Virus record (IMG/VR): IMGVR_UViG_3300009164_000151
Location: 1-40,469 of that record
DNA length: 40,469 nucleotides
Source of the DNA: a virus
Taxonomy: Duplodnaviria; Caudoviricetes
Reading direction: 5' to 3' (one strand)
In this document: positions 34,708 through 40,469 of the stretch, piece after piece
Layout of the letters: each line of letters begins with the position of its first letter
How positions within the stretch are numbered: position 1 is the first letter of the stretch
Notes under the pieces: model-generated
The model's database searches: none
Seen by the model: the letters and a program-made list of their open reading frames with translations, nothing else
Told to the model about the DNA's origin: nothing
Position numbers and translations under genes: made by a program

Positions 34708-35332
34708 CTGATTGTTCAACTTTCTTAAGCTCCGCAAACCGTGCGGAGGTCGGCCCAGCCCCGTCTGGAAAAGCGACTACCCCTTGTTCAGGAAGTAGCG
34801 AAGGGTCAAAAACATTTTGCTTGCGTACGTTGTCGCGTTCAGTCATTGGCTGTAAATTCCACCAAACATGGAGTCCACAAACATGCTCACTGCGTAATGG
34901 AACTATGTGATCAACGTGATAAACAGTAGCCGTAAGTTGTTGTAGGTGTTGTGTTGCAGCATAAATCTCTAGGACACGCTGCTTTTGCTCTAACGTTGTC
35001 CACTTTGGGGTAGCTTGCAGTCTTGCAATATACCGTGCGGCTGCGCTTATTCGCCAGCGACGTATCGTTGTATTGGTAATTTCTACAAATGCTTCTTTTT
35101 TGCGCTGCATACGCAACAGCGTAGCGTCACGCCTTTTATCTTTCTGACGCTGTTTATAAGAGGTGGATGCTGTATATGCTTTTGCATATTCGCGCTTCTG
35201 GACTTTACGTGTTAATCGGTACTCCGACTCACAACTTTTGCAACGGTTAGAACACCCTGTCTTGGATTTTGCAGCCTTAAAAAAGGCCGTGCTATCTTTG
35301 ACTTCTTTGCACATGCTGCATTTACTACTCAT
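34700..35332 (-). CDS. HNH homing endonuclease (210 aa)
   Basis: ATG at 35332. CSMC..CKSC zinc finger, ATPKW, YHVDHIVPL..VCGLHVWWNLQ..DN.RKQN. Confidence 0.9.
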   Translation of the reverse strand: MSSKCSMCKEVKDSTAFFKAAKSKTGCSNRCKSCESEYRLTRKVQKREYAKAYTASTSYKQRQKDKRRDATLLRMQRKKEAFVEITNTTIRRWRISAAARYIARLQATPKWTTLEQKQRVLEIYAATQHLQQLTATVYHVDHIVPLRSEHVCGLHVWWNLQPMTERDNVRKQNVFDPSLLPEQGVVAFPDGAGPTSARFAELKKVEQSDE

Positions 35333-35519
35333 CGGAATTTTCAATTTTTTTAAGTAACGCCAAAAGGTAGGATTCAGCGGTGGCTAGGCCCTGAATAACA
35401 CCGCACAGTTTCTGATACTCTTCAAAGGAACGGCAGACACCACTCGCCAAGTCATCTGCATAATTGTTCATGTCCTTGCGTATTTGTTCGCGCAATACTC
35501 GTCCGAAGTCTTGGATCAT
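35325..35519 (-). CDS. Conserved small head-module protein (64 aa)
   Basis: ATGA overlap with portal. EEYQKLCGVIQGL motif. Confidence 0.7.
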   Translation of the reverse strand: MIQDFGRVLREQIRKDMNNYADDLASGVCRSFEEYQKLCGVIQGLATAESYLLALLKKIENSDE

Positions 35520-38032
35520 GATGTTCCTTTATCAATTGCTTGCAAAGCCGACATGGCTTGGTCTCGTTTCTCTTTCGCTATCTTTGCGCCCAGTTGTAGA
35601 CCGGCGTTTTCTTGCTCAAAGGTTTGACGCTCTTTATCAGCTTGGAGCTTCATACCTAGTTTGGTGCCTTCCAGTTGCATTTCAGCTTGAGCTATTTCTT
35701 GCTTAATGTTGTTCTGGTCGACTTTGTTTGCTACATCTGCTGCAAAGCGCTTGGTTTCAAGCTGTAGACGGGCTTGTTCCAGTTGGAATTTCTGCTGGGA
35801 TTCTTGGCCTTTGAGTTGCAGTTCACCCTGTTTGATTTGGAGTTCTTGCATCTGCATCTGAACCAAGGGGTCTTGGGCTTGTTGCTGGGCTTGCATTTGT
35901 GCAGCTTGGCCTTGGCTTTGCTGTAGAACCTGCTGCGCAGCTTGGGCCATCATGGTGGAGAGAGACATCTCAACTTCTGGAGGCAGTTCTGCATCCTGTG
36001 GAGGCAGGGCAATACCCATTTGCTGCTCAATCTGAGCGCGGTATTTAAACCCTACGTGTTCTGCGATATGAGCCATGAGGGCGGCTTGTATCTGCTGGGC
36101 ACGGGGATTCTGACCAATGCTTTGAGCCAAGAGAGGATCTTGGATGAAGGACTGATGGACTGCCAGATGAGCGTCATGGTCTTGGTAGAAGAAGGCTTTT
36201 ACCGGCTCTCCACGCAGAACAGACATGTTTTCCGTGACAGGATCCATTGGCTTCTGGTCTTCTGGGAGCTTTACAAGCTTATCTGCGTTCTTAATTCCCA
36301 AGACTTCCAACATCCGGCGGTGCAGTTGGGGCATGTCATAGATATCCGGGGCCATTTGGGCCATCTGAATGACAGCTTGGTACTGAACCACACGCTGACT
36401 CATGGTTGCTGCGTTGGGATCAGAGACGGGGATGATCTCTACGTAGTCATAGTCTTCCCGTTTGGCGCTCTGGTCACCCTTTTCTGGCTTGTAGTCATAG
36501 TCGGGGTCGGTGTAATCCCGAATAATCTCTGCCAAAAGGCCCAATTCCTGTTTAAACGTGTAATGCAAGCGGGCTTGGATGGCTGTCATCACCTTGAGTT
36601 GACGCTCAAGCAGGGCCAATGTGCTTCCAACTGGGGCGTTGGAGGACATATCGCTGACTTTCATGTCCGCTGTAGCGGCAAATCGGCGTCCTTCCTCAAC
36701 GATAGTGCCCAAAAGAGCCGCCAAAACCTGACTTGGCTCCTTATATGGCAGGGGAAGGATGTTGTCCCGCAAAACGCCAGAGCCAATGTCCACATCACGG
36801 AACTCACCGGGCTGAATCGGGGTGTCATCACCCTTAATACGCAGTCCACGGGTCTTCAATCCACCGGGGAGGTTACTCAGGGTGCCTGCGTCGATCAATT
36901 GACGCATGATGCTGGTTGCAGACTTGGCAAATCCACCGATCAGATGGAACAAACCGAAGCCATAAGCACCAAAGCCGGGGATGTATTGGTAATGAACGAA
37001 GTGCTGACGCTTTAAACGCAGTGGGTCATCTTCATTCCAGTTACGGCGGATAGCCAGCACCGTGTTATTGCCCTTGATCATCGTCAGAACATAGGGCAAC
37101 GCAATCCCGGTAGGCTCTCCATCTTCATCCACATCCTCAAAGCCGGGGAGATCTAGGTCTGCGTGGATCTCATAGAGGGTATAGCGCTCATCGTTTAAAT
37201 CGCTAAAGCCGGTTTCTTTGTCTTTGGCTTTTTTGATGTTGTCCTGCTCTTTGCCGGGGTCGGGAAGATCACAATCCCGGTAGAAGCCTGCTTGTTGGAG
37301 CTTAAGAACCTCATTCTTGGTCTTGCGCATGACATGGGTCAGGCGGTAGCAGGTATCCAGATCTGTAGTCCCATAGGGCAGGATGATGTCTTCTGCGGGG
37401 ATGAACATGGATACTTGCCGTCCCAGATTGGGATCGTAGTAAACCTTCTTAAAGGCAGATCCGGTAGCAGGGAGACTCCAAAGCATCCGCTCTTGCTCCG
37501 GGCGGAACTCACGCATCACTTCAGTAAGCTCATAGTTCATGTCATCTTCGACGCGAACTGCAGCTTCTTTCTTCTTGGTGGTCTCTTCACCAATGATCCG
37601 TGTCCGAACCGGGCCTGCGGCAGGGAACATCTCGGTAATGGTTTCTGACTGGAACCTGACAACTGCCTCGGTAATCATGGGGTGGAACACGCCACTGGCA
37701 CCCTGCCAAGGTTCTGTGCGCTCTTCAAACTGAAGACCCAGCAACTTCAAACCTTCGACATAAGCCTTTTCCCAATCCTTACGGCTACCCTTGTCGTTGG
37801 AGATATCCCCGTCCAGATCTCCTGCGATGGAAGACATCTCACCATCGTCCATTTCTTCTGCGAGGTTTAAACCAAAATCAGGATCAACCTTCTCAATGGA
37901 GATATCCAAGCCACCCATGTGGATATCTACCGACTCGGGATCGACAATCTCAATCTCAATTGGCTCTTCTGCCATTGCCAATTCCTCAAGACCTGCGGGC
38001 GCTTGGTACAAACTCTTATCAAAATTAGCCAT
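35516..38032 (-). CDS. Portal protein, P22-like (838 aa)
   Basis: Follows TerL. GSAFKKVYYD motif and Gln-rich C-terminal barrel. Confidence 0.85.
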   Translation of the reverse strand: MANFDKSLYQAPAGLEELAMAEEPIEIEIVDPESVDIHMGGLDISIEKVDPDFGLNLAEEMDDGEMSSIAGDLDGDISNDKGSRKDWEKAYVEGLKLLGLQFEERTEPWQGASGVFHPMITEAVVRFQSETITEMFPAAGPVRTRIIGEETTKKKEAAVRVEDDMNYELTEVMREFRPEQERMLWSLPATGSAFKKVYYDPNLGRQVSMFIPAEDIILPYGTTDLDTCYRLTHVMRKTKNEVLKLQQAGFYRDCDLPDPGKEQDNIKKAKDKETGFSDLNDERYTLYEIHADLDLPGFEDVDEDGEPTGIALPYVLTMIKGNNTVLAIRRNWNEDDPLRLKRQHFVHYQYIPGFGAYGFGLFHLIGGFAKSATSIMRQLIDAGTLSNLPGGLKTRGLRIKGDDTPIQPGEFRDVDIGSGVLRDNILPLPYKEPSQVLAALLGTIVEEGRRFAATADMKVSDMSSNAPVGSTLALLERQLKVMTAIQARLHYTFKQELGLLAEIIRDYTDPDYDYKPEKGDQSAKREDYDYVEIIPVSDPNAATMSQRVVQYQAVIQMAQMAPDIYDMPQLHRRMLEVLGIKNADKLVKLPEDQKPMDPVTENMSVLRGEPVKAFFYQDHDAHLAVHQSFIQDPLLAQSIGQNPRAQQIQAALMAHIAEHVGFKYRAQIEQQMGIALPPQDAELPPEVEMSLSTMMAQAAQQVLQQSQGQAAQMQAQQQAQDPLVQMQMQELQIKQGELQLKGQESQQKFQLEQARLQLETKRFAADVANKVDQNNIKQEIAQAEMQLEGTKLGMKLQADKERQTFEQENAGLQLGAKIAKEKRDQAMSALQAIDKGTS

Positions 38033-38041
38033 TGGGTATCC

Positions 38042-39541
38042 TTAGTAGTATTCGTATTTACGTCGAAAGATTGGTGCTTCATCTTCCTCGTCTGAGGCAA
38101 TCTGGATAAAGCCACCCTGCCGAAACCGCATTAATGCTTGGCTGCTGGAGTCAACCAAGTCATCGTTATCCCCATTGGGGAATGCAGCCATCTCTTCCAT
38201 AACCTCGTCTGCCCAGCGTGTTGTTGGACACCATACAACCCCAGAGGCAAATAAGTCTGCAATAGAGTTTACACGGCTTATTTTGTCGTTGCCTTTGCCG
38301 GGGGTGTACTCGGACAAGGGGACACCAATCTTCCTAAGCTCATAAATTAAGGGAGCGCCAGCAGCGCGCTTCTCAATAATCAGGGTATCTGGCTCCCACT
38401 GCTTGTATAGCTCCAAGGCCATCTTCTTAAGCTCAGGGAACTCCATACGCTGTTTAAACGCATCTAAGAGAATGATATTCGTCTTGTAGTTACCCTTGTC
38501 ATCGGGGTGTTCAAATATTCCCCAAGTGGTACAGGCGGAATAGTCGGCACGGTTATTCTTCTCAAATGCCGTGTCCCAAGACTGAATAAGGTAATCACAT
38601 ACCGGCATCTTCTCTGGTTCCCAGATACGCCACTGATCCCGTTTGATAATCGCACCCTCATTACCGGTGGGATTCTGTTGGTACTGCGCTTCCCATTTAG
38701 CAACGGGCAGTTCTGCCTTGAGGGATTCCAATTCCTTCTTAGACCAGAACGCAGGCCACAGAGGAGTTCCTGACGGGAGAATGGCGGGAAACTCAATCAC
38801 TTCCCATTCATCCACTCCATCATTGGCGGACTTCTTCAGGATCTGCCCTGTGAGATCTCTCTTAGCCCACCGGGTCATAACAATGATGATCGCCCCGTTA
38901 GGCTGCAAACGCTGCCGAGGCCCAGATGTGTACCACTCATACACATTGTCAAAGATCGCAGGGTTATTCTGCTTCGCCTCCTGCTCCGAATGCGGATCAT
39001 CAATGATCAATAGATCTGCACCCTTACCAGTGACGGCACCACCCACACCAATAGCGAAGTAGTCCCCTCCCTTATTGGTGTTCCACCTACCAGCAGCTTT
39101 GGAGTCCGAAGACAGCTTTGTCTCAAAGATCTTTGAATACTGCTCAGAGGAAACAAGGTTCCTGACCTTGCGTCCAAATCCTGTGGATAGTTCTGCGGTG
39201 TGAGCAGTCTGGATAATCTTCTTCTCCGGGAACTTTCCTAGAAACCAACTGGGCAGAAGAAAAGAAGCAAACTCTGACTTAGTGTGCCGGGGAGGCATAT
39301 TAATAATCAACCGCTTCAATGTCCCATTGGCAACCCTCTCAAAGGCATCTGCCATGATCTTGTGATGCTGCCCTGAGATAAAGATAGGCCACATCTGCTG
39401 GACAAAGAACAGGAAGGACTCCCTGCACTTCTCAATCCTGTCCATCTCCAAGAGCATATTAATCTTTGCTCTCTCCGTGTCGGGAACCTTGTCCACGATA
39501 CTCAAATACCCGGATATCTCTTTCGCCGTCAGGAGCGTCAT
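38042..39541 (-). CDS. terL: Terminase large subunit (499 aa)
   Basis: INMPPRHTKSE (Walker A variant), LLIIDDP (Walker B), MTRW, QSWDTA and DDLVDS nuclease motifs. Confidence 0.95.
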   Translation of the reverse strand: MTLLTAKEISGYLSIVDKVPDTERAKINMLLEMDRIEKCRESFLFFVQQMWPIFISGQHHKIMADAFERVANGTLKRLIINMPPRHTKSEFASFLLPSWFLGKFPEKKIIQTAHTAELSTGFGRKVRNLVSSEQYSKIFETKLSSDSKAAGRWNTNKGGDYFAIGVGGAVTGKGADLLIIDDPHSEQEAKQNNPAIFDNVYEWYTSGPRQRLQPNGAIIIVMTRWAKRDLTGQILKKSANDGVDEWEVIEFPAILPSGTPLWPAFWSKKELESLKAELPVAKWEAQYQQNPTGNEGAIIKRDQWRIWEPEKMPVCDYLIQSWDTAFEKNNRADYSACTTWGIFEHPDDKGNYKTNIILLDAFKQRMEFPELKKMALELYKQWEPDTLIIEKRAAGAPLIYELRKIGVPLSEYTPGKGNDKISRVNSIADLFASGVVWCPTTRWADEVMEEMAAFPNGDNDDLVDSSSQALMRFRQGGFIQIASDEEDEAPIFRRKYEYY

Positions 39542-39768
39542 AGCTTGCTAATCTCCTTCATGGACTTATCCACCAACTTAATGGAATGGAACTTGTACGG
39601 CTTCAGATCCAAATGCCCATCCGCCTTTAAACGGTGAATGATCCGGTGGATGTTGGACTTAGAAGACAAACCCAAACTCTTGGCTATCACCTCATAAGAG
39701 GGAGATACACCATGCAGCCTTATGTAGGCTCTGATGAAGTCCAAGACAAGCTGTCTGCGTTTAGTCAT
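39538..39768 (-). CDS. LexA-type winged-HTH DNA-binding protein, no peptidase domain (76 aa)
   Basis: MTKRRQLVLDFI..HGVSPSYEVIA..LGLSSKSNIHRII..L...G.L. Confidence 0.8.
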   Translation of the reverse strand: MTKRRQLVLDFIRAYIRLHGVSPSYEVIAKSLGLSSKSNIHRIIHRLKADGHLDLKPYKFHSIKLVDKSMKEISKL

Positions 39769-39774
39769 GCCGGG

Positions 39775-39803
39775 AGTTTAAACGAGATTGAGAACGTTCG
39801 CAA
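39775..39803 (-). promoter_or_regulatory. Sigma70-type promoter, predicted leaderless transcript
   Basis: TTGCGA-17 nt-TAAACT, then 6 nt to ATG 39768. No Shine-Dalgarno sequence. Confidence 0.55.
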
Positions 39804-39928
39804 ATGTCTTTCCTGAAAATATATATACCGGGGGGGGTTGAGAGGGAAAGAGAAGGGGGGTATGTCGCTATGTAATCGTTTGAGCGGATTAGAGCGTAAT
39901 ACGTGCGGGGGCAGTAGCGGGTCATTTA

Positions 39929-39950
39929 GGGGGGTGGGGGGTGGGTGGGG
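39929..39950 (+). other. G-quadruplex-forming motif
   Basis: G6-T-G6-T-G3-T-G4 in a non-coding spacer. Confidence 0.65.
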
Positions 39951-39985
39951 TCGCCATCCTCGCCTGATACCAGTAGCCCCCCCGT

Positions 39986-40468
39986 TTACACGCTCTTGGT
40001 CAGCAGCTTGAGGTGACCCGACAACTCCCGCTTCAACTGGTCAGCGCTTGGTGCTGCCACTGCTGTCTCTGTCTGTGGTGTAAACACTCCGACTGCTTTG
40101 CCCATTAGTTCAAGAGCTTTCAGGCGACTGCCCTCTTGCTTGGCTCCCTTGCTCAGTGCAAGTAGCTGACGCAGGACATATCTCTTGGTGGCTGCAACGT
40201 CCTCTGTGAGTGCTTCCACAGTCTCTCCCCAAGCGTCTTCCAGCATCTGACTGATCACTGGGTGCTTGGTCAGCTTGTATGCGTTGGCACTGATCACCCT
40301 GTCGCTGCTCTTGTCATCTGGGTATGCTTCCCTGTAGGCGTCAGCGTTACCCTTACCCTGTATCTTGGCTGCGACGAATGCCAACTGCTTCGGGGTCAAG
40401 CGTCTGATCTGCCTCGGGCTGGTGATGACTGTTCCGTCCTTGCGCTTTGCTGGTGGCTCCGCTCCTGC
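39986..40468 (-). CDS. Terminase small subunit-like protein, 5' end beyond window
   Basis: LTPKQLAF..AYREAY..A.KL...P.I and RLKALELMGK motifs. Frame stays open to the window edge. Confidence 0.7.
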   Translation of the reverse strand, partial: AGAEPPAKRKDGTVITSPRQIRRLTPKQLAFVAAKIQGKGNADAYREAYPDDKSSDRVISANAYKLTKHPVISQMLEDAWGETVEALTEDVAATKRYVLRQLLALSKGAKQEGSRLKALELMGKAVGVFTPQTETAVAAPSADQLKRELSGHLKLLTKSV

Positions 40469-40469
40469 G

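Noticed and set aside
34700-35354. Group I intron around the HNH gene
   Set aside because: No non-coding space for an intron core; both flanking genes are intact without splicing.
35942-37015. 357-aa plus-strand ORF
   Set aside because: Antisense to the portal gene; no protein motifs recognised.
35516-39541. Inteins in terminase or portal
   Set aside because: Normal lengths, and no intein splice-junction or LAGLIDADG motifs seen.
1-40469. CRISPR array, tRNA genes or alternative genetic code
   Set aside because: No regularly spaced repeats or cloverleaf noticed; genes tile densely under the standard code and use all three stop codons.

Overview
The window is part of a tailed dsDNA phage genome with a podovirus-like, P22/HTVC010P-type gene order. 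It resembles uncultured aquatic proteobacterial phages, but the host cannot be read from the sequence. Nearly all genes form one minus-strand morphogenesis arm. From right to left: terminase small subunit (cut by the window edge), G-rich spacer, LexA-type HTH gene, terminase large subunit, portal, HNH endonuclease, phage GroES, scaffold, capsid genes, fibre-like protein, EndoVII-type endonuclease, a cluster of small basic proteins, connector and tail genes, lysis cassette, tail nozzle, then four probable internal/ejected proteins. The last of these is a 3472-aa polyvalent protein. Two small plus-strand genes converge at the left end. I saw no tRNA, CRISPR array, integrase or reverse transcriptase. 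Top observations: (1) a hydrophobic-x-x-GG motif repeated about 17 times across nine probable head-internal proteins; (2) effector-like cassettes in the giant protein separated by repeated (R/K)xSL(I)R linkers downstream of an HExxH peptidase; (3) an HNH gene flanked by a recoded 30-nt duplicate of the upstream gene's 3' end; (4) strong enrichment of the palindrome GTTTAAAC; (5) two candidate pseudoknotted RNAs after the capsid gene. All family assignments come from motif recognition by eye, not from database searches.
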